64,000 nt of DNA from Thermoanaerobaculia bacterium (lineage in GTDB: Bacteria > Acidobacteriota > Thermoanaerobaculia > UBA5066): positions 192,001 through 256,000 of the forward strand of contig CAWFJJ010000005.1 of assembly GCA_963816185.1 (NCBI GenBank), in the 5' to 3' direction. The translations under genes were made by a program, and so were the position numbers. The notes below the pieces were generated by a model that saw only the letters and a list, made by a program, of their open reading frames with translations, had not been told where the DNA came from and did not search any database. Shown here in pieces: positions 9,589 to 19,398 of this stretch; the first letter of the stretch is position 1; the number at the start of each line of letters is the position of its first letter.

Positions 9589-10665
9589 ATGCCCTCTGTG
9601 TTCGGCGACGTCTTCGTTCAGATCTCCTGGACGACCGCGCTCCTCGTCATCCTGCTCGGCTTCATCGGGGGAGTGCTGAGCGGCTTCATCGGCAGCGGGG
9701 GCGCCTTCTTCATGACGCCCGGCATGATGAACCTCGGCATCTCGGGCGTCGTCGCGGTCGGAAGCAACATCACGCACAAGTTCGGCAAGGCGCTCATCGG
9801 CGCTCGAAAGCACGCCCAGATGGGCAATGTCGACAAGCGCTTGGCGATGTATCTCCTCGTCACCGCGATCGCGGGGGTGCGACTCGCGGTCTGGATCAAC
9901 AGCAAGCTGTTCTCCGGCGGAGGCAAAGGCGCGGGGGCCGACCTCTACATCAGCACCGTCTTCATCACCATCCTGACGTTCGTCGGAATCTCGATGCTCC
10001 GCGATGCGATGCGCTCGACCTCGGAAGGCCAGGGCCCGTCACGCCGCATCATCGAGTTCCTCGCGCGGCTCAACCTCAAGCCGATCATCCGGTTCCCCGT
10101 GTCGGACGTGGACCTCTCTCTCTGGGTCGTGCTTCCCGTCGGCCTGGCGACCGGCTATCTGGCGGGCACCATCGGCGTCGGCGGCTTCATCGGGGTGCCC
10201 GCGATGATCTACATCTTCGGCATCCCCACGGCCGTGGCGGCCGGAACCGAGCTCTACCTCGCCATCTTCATGGGGGCCTTCGGCGCGCTGAATTACGCCT
10301 ACGAGGGGTGCGTCGATCTGCGCCTGACGTGCCTGCTGTTCCTCGGCTCGCTGTTGGGGGTCTACATCGGCGCGTACGGGGTCAAGGTCGTGAGCGAGCG
10401 CTACATCCGCCTCGTCACGGGCTTCATCATCCTGTTCTGCGTGGCCAGCCGAGCCGTCAACGTCCCCGTGTACCTGCGCCAACTGGGGGTCGTGAGGTAC
10501 GCCCCGGCCTGGGATCCCTGGTTCAACGGAAGCAGTACGGTGATTCTCTTCGCGGCGGGGATCGGCGGGGCCGCGCTCATCGTCTATGAGGTCTGGAAGG
10601 CCCACAGGGAGCGGCGCAGGATCCAGACGACGCTGCTCGTGAGCAGGGCGGCGACAACGTCCTGA
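9589..10665 (+). CDS. Sulfite exporter TauE/SafE family protein
   Basis: 'GGVLSGFIGSGGAFFMTP', 'GTIGVGGFIGVPAMIY', 'AAGTEL'; multi-TM. Confidence 0.92.
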   Translation: MPSVFGDVFVQISWTTALLVILLGFIGGVLSGFIGSGGAFFMTPGMMNLGISGVVAVGSNITHKFGKALIGARKHAQMGNVDKRLAMYLLVTAIAGVRLAVWINSKLFSGGGKGAGADLYISTVFITILTFVGISMLRDAMRSTSEGQGPSRRIIEFLARLNLKPIIRFPVSDVDLSLWVVLPVGLATGYLAGTIGVGGFIGVPAMIYIFGIPTAVAAGTELYLAIFMGAFGALNYAYEGCVDLRLTCLLFLGSLLGVYIGAYGVKVVSERYIRLVTGFIILFCVASRAVNVPVYLRQLGVVRYAPAWDPWFNGSSTVILFAAGIGGAALIVYEVWKAHRERRRIQTTLLVSRAATTS

Positions 10666-10677
10666 CGGGAGAGATCC

Positions 10678-11088
10678 ATGGAACGTCTCCAGGTGCTGGT
10701 CCTCGACGACGAACCCATCGTGGGCAAGCGGCTGCAGCCGGCTCTCGCCAAGGTCGGCTGCGACGTGGAGGTGTTCGACGCGCCTCGTCCGGCCCTCGAG
10801 CGAATCGAGGCAAAGCGGTTCGACGTCGTGGTGACCGACATTCGGATGGAAGAGATCGACGGCATTCAGGTCCTCGAGAGGGTCCTGGAGCGCTGGCCGG
10901 CCACCCTCGTGATCATGATCACCGGCTACGCCTCCGTCGAGGTCGCCCGAGAGGCCATTGCGAAGGGAGCCTTCGACTTCATCGCGAAACCTTTCAAGCC
11001 GCAGGAGCTTCGGGATGCGATCGCCAAAGCCGCGGATGCGCTCGGCTTCGCGGACGTCGGAAGGGCGGTCGTTCCGGAGGCCCCGTAG
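10678..11088 (+). CDS. Single-domain response regulator (NtrC-like receiver)
   Basis: 'LDDEPIVG', 'TDIRM', 'ITGY', 'AKPF'. Confidence 0.92.
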   Translation: MERLQVLVLDDEPIVGKRLQPALAKVGCDVEVFDAPRPALERIEAKRFDVVVTDIRMEEIDGIQVLERVLERWPATLVIMITGYASVEVAREAIAKGAFDFIAKPFKPQELRDAIAKAADALGFADVGRAVVPEAP

Positions 11089-11096
11089 GGAGGGCC

Positions 11097-12659
11097 ATGC
11101 CCCGAGACGGCTTGGACGCAGCCGCAAGCGGCCCCGACGCGATCAGTGTCGAGCGCGCTTTCCTCAAGCGTCCGAGCATCGGCATCCGGGCGCGACTGGT
11201 CACCAGCTTCCTCTCCTTCGTTTTGTTCGCGGTTGCGGTGACCATCGGGGCCTGGGTTCTGCTCGACCGCCTGGAAGGTCGCCTTCGCTTCCTGGAGGCC
11301 GCCGACCGCTACACGATGGAAATCCAGCAGACGCGACGCTTCGAGAAGAACTACTTCCTCTACGGAACGAACCTCTCCGACGTGCAGGACCACCTCGGAA
11401 ACGCGCGACATCTTCTCGAGGCCGCCGAGACGGATGCCGCTCGGGTGCTGACCTCGACCGAGCTCCGGCGGATGCGCGCCCATCTGAACGGCTACGAGTC
11501 TCTGATCGCGCGCCTCCTCTCCATTCAGGGCGGGCACTCTTCGGCGGACCCCCAGGAAAAGGGGGCCATCGAGACGGAGCTCCGGGACCACGGCTCTCAG
11601 ATGGTCGCCTTCGCCCTCGAGCTGGCCGACAAGGAGCGAAGCAGCGTCAATGCGACCCTCGGCCTCTTCAAGCGCCTTCCCGTGGCCTTTCTCGTATTCC
11701 TGTTCATCTTTTCGGTTTTCGTCGCCAACTTCCTCGCCCGCCAGATCGTCGGGCCTCTTTCTCGCCTCGGAGCCACCACGCAGCGAATCGCGAGCGGCGA
11801 TTTCACGCCCCTCACGCCCCAACGCTGGTACCGAGACGAATTCTCGAACTTTGCAATGGCCCTGAACACGATGATGCGGGAGCTCGCCCATCGGCAGGAG
11901 GTGTTGGTCAATTCGCACAAGCTCACGGCCATCGGAACGCTCACATCGGGGGTGGCCCACGAGCTGAACAACCCGATCAACAACATCACACTGACCGCCG
12001 AGATGCTCAAGGAGGATTACCGTGCCCTCGGGGACGAGCAGCGGCTCGACATGGTCAACGACCTGGTGGAGCAGGCCGGGCGGGCGCGGAAGATCGTGCG
12101 CAACCTGCTCGACTTCGCCCGGCAGAGCGAGATCACGACGCAGAAGCTCGATCTCGCCGAGGTCATCCGGGGTGCCACGGGGCTGGCCGCCAACCAGATC
12201 CGGCTCTCGGGCGCCCGGATTACGCTCGACGTCGCCTCCAACCTCCCCGCGATCCACGGCGACGGTCCGTCCCTGATCCAGGTCTTCGTCAACCTGCTGC
12301 TCAATGCCCTCGACGCGGTCGGAAAAGGGGGCCGGATCCGGATCGCCGCCGAGGGCCGGCAGGAGCCAGGCTGGGTCCGGGTGACGGTGACGGACGACGG
12401 CCAGGGGATCCCTGCTCACGCACTGCCGTACATCTTCGACCCCTTCTTCACGACGAAGCCAAGGGGGAAGGGAACGGGCCTCGGGCTCTCCGTGAGCCTC
12501 GGTATCGTGCGCCAGCACGGAGGTGACATCCGCGTCGAGAGCGAGCCGGGGAAAGGGACGACGGTGACCGTTCTTCTCCCGGCCGCGATGGTACCGGGGT
12601 TGCCCGAGACGGAGTCGCCGCCGGCTACGCCCGCTGCGAAGACTTTGCCACGAGCTTGA
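11097..12659 (+). CDS. Membrane HAMP-domain sensor histidine kinase (NtrB-like)
   Basis: Two TMs around a periplasmic region ('RRFEKNYFLYG'), HAMP, 'AHELNNP', 'NLLLNALDA', 'GTGLGL'. Confidence 0.93.
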   Translation: MPRDGLDAAASGPDAISVERAFLKRPSIGIRARLVTSFLSFVLFAVAVTIGAWVLLDRLEGRLRFLEAADRYTMEIQQTRRFEKNYFLYGTNLSDVQDHLGNARHLLEAAETDAARVLTSTELRRMRAHLNGYESLIARLLSIQGGHSSADPQEKGAIETELRDHGSQMVAFALELADKERSSVNATLGLFKRLPVAFLVFLFIFSVFVANFLARQIVGPLSRLGATTQRIASGDFTPLTPQRWYRDEFSNFAMALNTMMRELAHRQEVLVNSHKLTAIGTLTSGVAHELNNPINNITLTAEMLKEDYRALGDEQRLDMVNDLVEQAGRARKIVRNLLDFARQSEITTQKLDLAEVIRGATGLAANQIRLSGARITLDVASNLPAIHGDGPSLIQVFVNLLLNALDAVGKGGRIRIAAEGRQEPGWVRVTVTDDGQGIPAHALPYIFDPFFTTKPRGKGTGLGLSVSLGIVRQHGGDIRVESEPGKGTTVTVLLPAAMVPGLPETESPPATPAAKTLPRA

Positions 12660-12996
12660 CGAGGTCCTTGAGCTTGAACGGCTTGGTCAGGAATTGAACG
12701 GCGCCGAGCGCGTCCGCTTCGTGGCTGGTCTCGATGGTGGCATACCCCGTGATCACGATGACACGGGTGCCGGGGGCTTTCTCCCTGATGAAGCGCAGCA
12801 CGTCCATGCCGCTCGGCCCGCGCATCTTCACGTCCGTGACCAGAACCCCGAAGGCTTTTTCCTTCAGCCGGTCCATGGCCGCCGTGCTGTCCGTGAAGAC
12901 CTCGACGTAGAAGCCCTCCTTCTCGAGAGCTGGCCGAAGACGGTCCCCGACGATCGGCTCGTCATCCAGGACCATGACATCTCTGTTTGGAGGCAT
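12625..12996 (-). CDS. Single-domain response regulator
   Basis: 'LDDEPIVGDRLRPAL', 'TDVKM', 'ITGY', 'TKPF'; resembles the 10678 protein. Confidence 0.9.
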   Translation of the reverse strand: MPPNRDVMVLDDEPIVGDRLRPALEKEGFYVEVFTDSTAAMDRLKEKAFGVLVTDVKMRGPSGMDVLRFIREKAPGTRVIVITGYATIETSHEADALGAVQFLTKPFKLKDLVKLVAKSSQRA

Positions 12997-13106
12997 CTTC
13001 TCCTCTGGCCGTACGGATCGCGAAGAAGGTATATCACTTCTCTCACGATAGACTGCAGTGCCGCCACGTGGGGAAAACCGGATCTCCAGAGTCCGAGGGT
13101 GCACTC

Positions 13107-14204
13107 GTGTCCTGGTTGAGCCGCGTTCTCCGCAAGCCGTCCGACGGAGATGCCCTCACGCTCCTGAGGCTGCGGACGACGCGCTTCCGCCAGCTCCTCG
13201 GGAGCTATGGGAAGCTTCTGGCGCTTCTCGAGGACGCGGCGGAAAAACAGGGTGGGGGCTTCATCTTCGACAGGCAGTACGTGATCGCCCTCGCCGAACA
13301 GCTTGCCGAGCTGGCCGACGCCGCGGTATACGACCTCAACGTCATCACGTCGCACGAGAATCTGGCGTTCTATGACGTAGCGGAACGACTACGGGACGAC
13401 CTGCGCCGCATCGTCGCGCGGAGATCCGAAAATCCCCCTCTGGCTGAATCCGAAGAAGAGGAGGAATACCGTCTCTTACGATCCGTTCGACGGGCGGTCT
13501 TCCCGTTGACGCTCGCCGACGCGCAGACGGAGCCCTCCCTGCGAGGCTGCAGGACAATTCACGACCTTGTGCATCTCGCCCGAAGTCTCTCCGGCGACGC
13601 CCTGTGTTCGCTGCTGACGGCCCGGCCCGGCGCCGCGAGTGGTCGCGTGCGGTTCGAGGGCTCCGCGGGGCGCGAAGCCCACGTCGTCGTCCTCGCAGGT
13701 TCTCTTCCGTCCGGCTCGCTTGCGCTCTCTGACGTTCCGTCGCGCCCGCTGCGGGCGTTTCTGGACGGCCTGCTGTTTCAACAAGGATCCGTAGGCTCGC
13801 CCCCGCCGGGCCGGCCGACGTGCACACTGGACGCCGCAGCGACGGACGAGCATTGTCTCGTCGTCAGGACTTTGCCAAGCGGGTTCGACATGCTCGACGC
13901 GACGGCGGGCGAGACGCCGGAGACGAACACGGTCTACTGTCGCTTCGCCCCTCGGGGCGAAGACGACCCTGAGGCCGCCCGTGGGACGTTGGCATCCGGC
14001 GTCCTCGCACGCCTGGGCTTCTCGGTGACCGTCACGAGACGTGAGGTGAGCGGCTGGACCCGCGGCCTCGCGTGCTCGGAGACAGGGGAGCGCGTCCGCA
14101 TCCTCGGGGGTCTTTCCCGTCGTCTGGCCGAGGTGAGTCTCGGTGGCTTCTCGCGCGATGAGATCGCGTCGAATGTGGAAGCCTTCGTGCGCGACGGAAC
14201 ATGA
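13107..14204 (+). CDS. Truncated PEP-synthase-like protein (terminal regions only; no ATP-grasp or phospho-His domain)
   Basis: 'RFRQLL...FIFDRQYV', 'CRTIHDLVH' and 'NTVYCRF' correspond to segments of the downstream protein. Confidence 0.6.
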   Translation: MSWLSRVLRKPSDGDALTLLRLRTTRFRQLLGSYGKLLALLEDAAEKQGGGFIFDRQYVIALAEQLAELADAAVYDLNVITSHENLAFYDVAERLRDDLRRIVARRSENPPLAESEEEEEYRLLRSVRRAVFPLTLADAQTEPSLRGCRTIHDLVHLARSLSGDALCSLLTARPGAASGRVRFEGSAGREAHVVVLAGSLPSGSLALSDVPSRPLRAFLDGLLFQQGSVGSPPPGRPTCTLDAAATDEHCLVVRTLPSGFDMLDATAGETPETNTVYCRFAPRGEDDPEAARGTLASGVLARLGFSVTVTRREVSGWTRGLACSETGERVRILGGLSRRLAEVSLGGFSRDEIASNVEAFVRDGT

Positions 14205-14224
14205 AGGCGGAGCGGTTCTGACCG

Positions 14225-16711
14225 ATGAGGCGCGTGCGTCTGATGAAGGCGACTCCGGAGGGCGATCGGCTACGGCACCGCTACCGCGTCCTCAGGCGCT
14301 TGCTCGCGGCCAACAGCGAAATGCTCGAGCTGATGGGTGACCTCGAGGCCGACCTGGCGCACCTCGACCCGGGCGAGCACGGAATCGGTCAACGCGTACT
14401 GCGCCTCCTCGACGGCTCCCTGCTTCTGGCCGAGAACCTGAACATCCTCACCGACGACGCTCATTGCGCCCTCTATGGAGCGCACGCGGAGATCGAAGAC
14501 TCTGTCCGCTCGATTCTTCGTTCCTTTCCAAATCCGGCCGCGCTCCCCTTCATGGTCTCTCTCGAAGAGGCCGGCGTCGAGAGAGCGCGCGAGGTCGGCG
14601 GCAAGGCGGCGAATCTCGGTTCGTTGCGCGCGGTGATGCCGGACGTCGTTCCCAACGGTTTCATCCTCACCACGGCGGCGTACCGCTTCTTCCTGACCGA
14701 GAACAAGCTCCACGAGCCGATTCGCAACCTTCTCAGGGACCTGAGCCTGATCACGGGGCGCCGCCTTTTCAAGGAGCGCACGGCGGCGATCCGCGCGTTG
14801 ATCGGCGCCAGCCCGGTGCCCTCCCGCGTCGTCGAGGCCCTCGATCGGGGCGTGCGGCTCTTCGGCGAGAGCTTGCCTCCGCGCTGGGCCGTCCGTTCGA
14901 GTGCGGTCGGAGAGGACGGGCCGATGAGCTTTGCCGGGCAGTTCGAGACTGTCCTCGACGTCTCCGTTGATCGGCTCGCTTCGGCGTACCGGACCGTGAT
15001 CGCCAGCCGCTATAGCGACCACGCCGTGCTTTACCGGCTGGCGGGCGGCCTCGTGGAGGTCGATACGCCGATGGCCGTGCTCGTGTTGCCCATGCTCGAC
15101 GCACGCGCCGCCGGCGTGCTCTACACCCGCGACCCGGCGGACGAGTCAGCCGACCGGATGCTGATCGACGCCGTCGCAGGCCTCGCCGACGCGATGGTGC
15201 GCGGCGACGAGGCGGCGTCGAGCGTCTTCGCCTTACGCAACCGGCCCGGTGAGATCGAAACGCGACGCGCCGAGGGCAAGTCCGCAACCGGGGGCTCGGC
15301 CCCCGCCGGCTTCCCGCTCGCATCCCGGGAGATCCGGTCTTTGGTCGAGCTGGGCTTGCAGGTGGAAGCGCACGGGCGAAGGCCCCTGGACATCGAGTGG
15401 GTCCTGACCCGCGAAGGCGCATGGAGGGTCTTGCAGTGCCGGCCTCTGCGCTCGTTCGTGGGCGAGTCGCACCCGGGGCCTCTCCTCGGTGCTCCGGATC
15501 CGGTGGCGACGGGCGGCATGACGATCTTCCCCGGCCGCGCCGTGGGGCCCGCTTATCTCGCGCGCACGGTGGACGACCTCCTGTCGGCGCCCGACGCGGC
15601 CATTCTCATCCTTCCTCAGGCCGGGCCCGAGCTCGCAGCCGTGCTGCCGCGCGCGGCAGGCGTGGTCGCCGAGCAGGGCAATCCGGCCGGCCATGCGGCG
15701 GCGCTCATCCGGGAGTTTGCGGTGCCTTCCCTGTTTGGAGTTCCCGACGCCCAGAGACGCCTCGGTCACTCTTCCAGCCTGAGCCTCGACGCGACTCAAC
15801 GTCTCGTCTTCGAAGGTGCACTGTGGCCGGAGGTCCGCGAGCGAGTCCGCAGCAGAATCCGCCATCTTCCCGCGCGTCGCCTGACGAACCCGCTCGTAGA
15901 GCGCGTGCTCGCGCTGAACTTGACGAACCCCCAGGCCGTCACGTTTCGCGCTCGTGCCTGCCGCTCCGTGCACGACATCGTCCGCTTCACCCACGAGAAA
16001 GCGGTCGCCGCGATGTTCGATCTCACCGACGAGGTGGACCGGCAGGGCCGGCACCGGGTCTTCCGGCTCGAGTCGGCGGTTCCTCTGGATCTTTTCATCC
16101 TCGACCTCGGAGCCGCCATTCCGTCCGAAGCCCAGGAGCGGGCCGCGGTCCGGCCGGACGAGATCGCCTCGCCGCCGTTTCAGGCGCTCTGGCGAGGGAT
16201 GACCCGCCCCGGGACCAGCTGGGCGGGCCGCACCAAGGTCAGCGTGAGCGGTTTTCTGTCCGTGCTCGCGACGTCCATCGCGGATCGACCCGCGGGCGCG
16301 CGCGATCTCGGCGGGCGCAGCTACATCATGGTCGCGCCCGACTACGTCAACCTGAACGCCCGGCTCGCGTACCACTTCGCCATGGTGGACGCCTTCGTCT
16401 CGCCGGCCCCGGAGAACAACTTCGTCAACTTCCGTTTTCGCGGCGGCGCGGCGGGGGCCGACCGGCGCAGTCTGAGGGCGCGGTTCCTGTCCGACGTTCT
16501 CTTGCATTCGGGCTTCGGCGTGGACTGTCGGGGGGATCTGGTGACGGCGTGGCTGCGCCGCCATCCCCGCGCAGCCTCGGAGGAGGGACTCGCCACGCTG
16601 GGCGCCTTGATGGCCTGCGCCCGCCAGCTTGACATGCTCGTTTCCAGCGAGGCGGACGCCCGTCACTTCGCGGAGCGTTTTACGGCCGGCGACTACGGTG
16701 CCTTCGCATGA
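14225..16711 (+). CDS. PEP/pyruvate-binding (PPDK_N) plus swivelling phospho-His domain protein
   Basis: 'VGGKAANLG', 'AVRSSAVGED', 'SFAGQFET', 'DIEW', 'LQCRP', 'GNPAGHAAALIRE'; C-terminus is not the usual pyruvate-binding barrel. Confidence 0.85.
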   Translation: MRRVRLMKATPEGDRLRHRYRVLRRLLAANSEMLELMGDLEADLAHLDPGEHGIGQRVLRLLDGSLLLAENLNILTDDAHCALYGAHAEIEDSVRSILRSFPNPAALPFMVSLEEAGVERAREVGGKAANLGSLRAVMPDVVPNGFILTTAAYRFFLTENKLHEPIRNLLRDLSLITGRRLFKERTAAIRALIGASPVPSRVVEALDRGVRLFGESLPPRWAVRSSAVGEDGPMSFAGQFETVLDVSVDRLASAYRTVIASRYSDHAVLYRLAGGLVEVDTPMAVLVLPMLDARAAGVLYTRDPADESADRMLIDAVAGLADAMVRGDEAASSVFALRNRPGEIETRRAEGKSATGGSAPAGFPLASREIRSLVELGLQVEAHGRRPLDIEWVLTREGAWRVLQCRPLRSFVGESHPGPLLGAPDPVATGGMTIFPGRAVGPAYLARTVDDLLSAPDAAILILPQAGPELAAVLPRAAGVVAEQGNPAGHAAALIREFAVPSLFGVPDAQRRLGHSSSLSLDATQRLVFEGALWPEVRERVRSRIRHLPARRLTNPLVERVLALNLTNPQAVTFRARACRSVHDIVRFTHEKAVAAMFDLTDEVDRQGRHRVFRLESAVPLDLFILDLGAAIPSEAQERAAVRPDEIASPPFQALWRGMTRPGTSWAGRTKVSVSGFLSVLATSIADRPAGARDLGGRSYIMVAPDYVNLNARLAYHFAMVDAFVSPAPENNFVNFRFRGGAAGADRRSLRARFLSDVLLHSGFGVDCRGDLVTAWLRRHPRAASEEGLATLGALMACARQLDMLVSSEADARHFAERFTAGDYGAFA

Positions 16712-16757
16712 CCCGCGGCGAGAGGTCGGAGAATCGCCGTGATAGCCTGTTTTTGCG

Positions 16758-17429
16758 ATGCGTCCCGACCAAGCCTCCGGCGTCGCGCTCCTGACCCACT
16801 CTCCATCCGGCGAGCCCGAGGGGTTTCATACCGCCATGGCGCATCTGTACCGCGGCGAGATGCAGCGGATGACGGTGTGGCGAAGCCGGCTCGACGCCAC
16901 GAGCAACTGGGCGATCCTCCTGACGACCGGGATGACGACGTTCACGCTCGGTTCCACGGCCATCCCGCACTACATCATGCTGCTGTGCCTGGCTCTTATC
17001 GGGATCTGCATGGTGATCGAGGCGCGCCGTTATCGGCACATGCTCCACAGCAAGTGGCGTCTGCACGTCCTCGAAGCGAACTACTTCGGCCAGCAGATCC
17101 GCCCGAGCGAGCCGGTGCCGGACCCGGAATGGAGGCAACGTCTCGCCGAGGATCTGAGGAAGCCGACCCTCAGGACGAGCTTGCTGATGGCGTTCCGCCT
17201 CCGGCTGCGTCGCAATTACCTGCTTCTCGTCTATTTCATCAGCGCCGTCTGGCTGACCAAGGTCTTCCTCCACCCGGTCGGCGCGAGAGACGTGTACGAG
17301 TTTCACGGGCGGCTCGCCGTGGGCGAGATGATCGCGAGCTGGATCGTCGCCGTGACCGCCGCGCTCTTCGTCGTGACGTGCACGGTGCTCGCAGCGCTGT
17401 CCCCGAGCGAGGAAGCGATGGAAATCTGA
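16758..17429 (+). CDS. DUF2270 family membrane protein
   Basis: 'HLYRGEM..WRSRLDATSNWA', 'IEARRYR', 'RLRRNY'. Confidence 0.85.
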   Translation: MRPDQASGVALLTHSPSGEPEGFHTAMAHLYRGEMQRMTVWRSRLDATSNWAILLTTGMTTFTLGSTAIPHYIMLLCLALIGICMVIEARRYRHMLHSKWRLHVLEANYFGQQIRPSEPVPDPEWRQRLAEDLRKPTLRTSLLMAFRLRLRRNYLLLVYFISAVWLTKVFLHPVGARDVYEFHGRLAVGEMIASWIVAVTAALFVVTCTVLAALSPSEEAMEI

Positions 17430-17444
17430 GGCGAAGGACGCCGG

Positions 17445-18353
17445 TCAGCGACCCCTCCCTCGCAATCGGCCCTCCTCCGGAGCGACGAGCTTTTCCGGCG
17501 GCGTCTTGACGTCGACGCCAGTGGCCGACGCAATCGTCCAGTCGCCTCCGGACTTCACCATCACCTGCAGGAGGCGCGTTCGGATGACCTTCTCCGCGTC
17601 GACGAAGACCGCCGGGGGGGCCTTGTGAAAACGCGAAACTTCCGCGTCGATCTCCACGATCGCGACGTCCGGCTTGAGGAAGCGAGTCTTCCTCACCTTG
17701 AGGGCGAGGAGGCTGCCCTTGAAGTACGAGGAGAAGAGCTCGGACGTTCGGCGCTCGATCTCGGCGCGGCCTCGAGAGACGGCGCCCAGCACGTCCGTCG
17801 AGGAGCCCTCTTCCTGGAACCGCGCTGCGAAGGCCTTCGCGTCGGCGCGATTCCACGCGTCCTCCTCCGCGTCGACCGCCTTCCGGATCACCGGTTCCTC
17901 GGCGGCCGCGACCGCGTCGGGCAAGAGCACGCCGGGCGGGGAAATCGCGGGGTTTCCTTCGGCCGGCGTCGCGGCAGCAGGCGGCGCGGCGACGGGCGTC
18001 GGCGAGCTTCCACCGGCCGGAGGCTCGTACTCGGAGGAGAGGATCCTGCCGTCGCCCGCGTCGACCATGACCTCTTGAACGCCCCCCTTGTTTTCGAAGC
18101 GCAGGTCGAGCGGCCACGCGAGGCAGCCGTTCACGACCTCGACCCCTGAGGACATGACCGACGCCACCTTCTCCGGCGAGACGGAGGCGATCGCGCGGGC
18201 CTCGGCGTCCCTGGAGGACAGCTTCGCCATGCGCGAGAGGTCCTCCGGTGAGGTCCCCCGAGGCGGGCGAATGGAGCAATCCGGCTTCTGAGCGGCCGCA
18301 AGGGCGGCGGCGAGGGAGAGCAGGCTGGCGGCGGCGAAGAGCGGGCGGCGCAT
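17445..18353 (-). CDS. Secreted protein: PepSY-like domain, Pro/Ala linker, SnoaL/DUF4440-like domain
   Basis: Signal peptide; 'EVMVDAGDGRIL'; 'AWNRADAKAFAARF', 'RFLKPDVAIV'. Confidence 0.7.
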   Translation of the reverse strand: MRRPLFAAASLLSLAAALAAAQKPDCSIRPPRGTSPEDLSRMAKLSSRDAEARAIASVSPEKVASVMSSGVEVVNGCLAWPLDLRFENKGGVQEVMVDAGDGRILSSEYEPPAGGSSPTPVAAPPAAATPAEGNPAISPPGVLLPDAVAAAEEPVIRKAVDAEEDAWNRADAKAFAARFQEEGSSTDVLGAVSRGRAEIERRTSELFSSYFKGSLLALKVRKTRFLKPDVAIVEIDAEVSRFHKAPPAVFVDAEKVIRTRLLQVMVKSGGDWTIASATGVDVKTPPEKLVAPEEGRLRGRGR

Positions 18354-18386
18354 GAACGCTCCTTCCAACATTATGGGCGCGATTCG

Positions 18387-18401
18387 CGGCACACGCCTTG
18401 C
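18387..18401 (+). promoter_or_regulatory. Putative sigma54 promoter
   Basis: CGGCAC-acgcc-TTGC upstream of the 18426 ORF. Confidence 0.55.
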
Positions 18402-18425
18402 GGCGAACCCCCGTCGGAGGCGCGC

Positions 18426-18884
18426 TTGAAGAAAAGTGAAAACAGGACGGTCGGGTACTCGGGGCACCGGGTGGGAACCGCGATCGGCGCCGTGAGCGCG
18501 GGGGTCGCCGGCGCGGCGGCAGGTGCGGCGATGGGCGGCTCGCTCGGGGCGGTCGTCGGCGCTGCCGCGGGTGCCGCGGTCGGCGCGGTCGCCGGCAACA
18601 GCTTCACCTCGGAGTTCGATGCCGAGGAGGAAGCGGCCTACTGGAGCGATCAGTATCAGTTCCGCCCGTACTATCGCTCGGGGACGACGTTCGCGGACTA
18701 CGAGCCCGCCTATCGCTACGGATGGGAGAGCGCGCGCCGCCCGGAGTTCAAACGCCGGACGTTCGAGGAGATCGAGGACGAGCTGGCCGCCGAGTGGCGC
18801 CGGGAGCGGAACGCCGTCGCCGACGACTGGAGGCTCTATCGCGAGGCCGTGCGGGACGCCTGGCACCGGATCCGGTACGGGTGA
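18426..18884 (+). CDS. Glycine-zipper hypothetical protein
   Basis: GxxxG run followed by 'YEPAYRYGWE...AVRDAW'; TTG start preceded by GGAGG. Confidence 0.7.
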   Translation: MKKSENRTVGYSGHRVGTAIGAVSAGVAGAAAGAAMGGSLGAVVGAAAGAAVGAVAGNSFTSEFDAEEEAAYWSDQYQFRPYYRSGTTFADYEPAYRYGWESARRPEFKRRTFEEIEDELAAEWRRERNAVADDWRLYREAVRDAWHRIRYG

Positions 18885-18918
18885 CGCCGCCCCCGCGTTC
18901 TCGTCGTAACCTCGGCAC

Positions 18919-19398
18919 GTGGTGCCGCCTTCCGACGAACGGTTCATGCGCGACGCCCTCGGCTCGGCCCGGAGGGCTCTGGTACACGGGGACGTGCCGG
19001 TCGGCGCTGCCGTGGTGAAGGACGGATTCGTGATCGCGCGCGGGCGGAACGCACGGGAGAGAGACGGCGATCCCACGGCCCACGCCGAGATCGTGGCCAT
19101 CCGGCGCGCGGCGAAGAAGCTCGGCTCATGGCGGCTCTCAGGCTGCACGCTGTATGTCACGCTCGAGCCCTGCGCCATGTGCGCGGGGGCGATGGTCCTC
19201 GCGCGCCTCCCGCGCCTCGTCTACGGAGCGGCGGACCCGAAAGCGGGATTCACCGGATCGCTCGGAGATCTCGTTCGCCATCCCCGGCTCAACCACCGGG
19301 TGGACGTCACGGCGGGCGTCCTCGAGGCAGAATGCGGCAGAATCCTCGTGGAGTTCTTCCGTGACCGACGAGCCGAAAAGCCCCGCACGGCACGCTGA
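18919..19398 (+). CDS. tadA: tRNA adenosine(34) deaminase
   Basis: 'DPTAHAE', 'LYVTLEPCAMCAGA', 'DPKAG', 'LNH'. Confidence 0.95.
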   Translation: MVPPSDERFMRDALGSARRALVHGDVPVGAAVVKDGFVIARGRNARERDGDPTAHAEIVAIRRAAKKLGSWRLSGCTLYVTLEPCAMCAGAMVLARLPRLVYGAADPKAGFTGSLGDLVRHPRLNHRVDVTAGVLEAECGRILVEFFRDRRAEKPRTAR

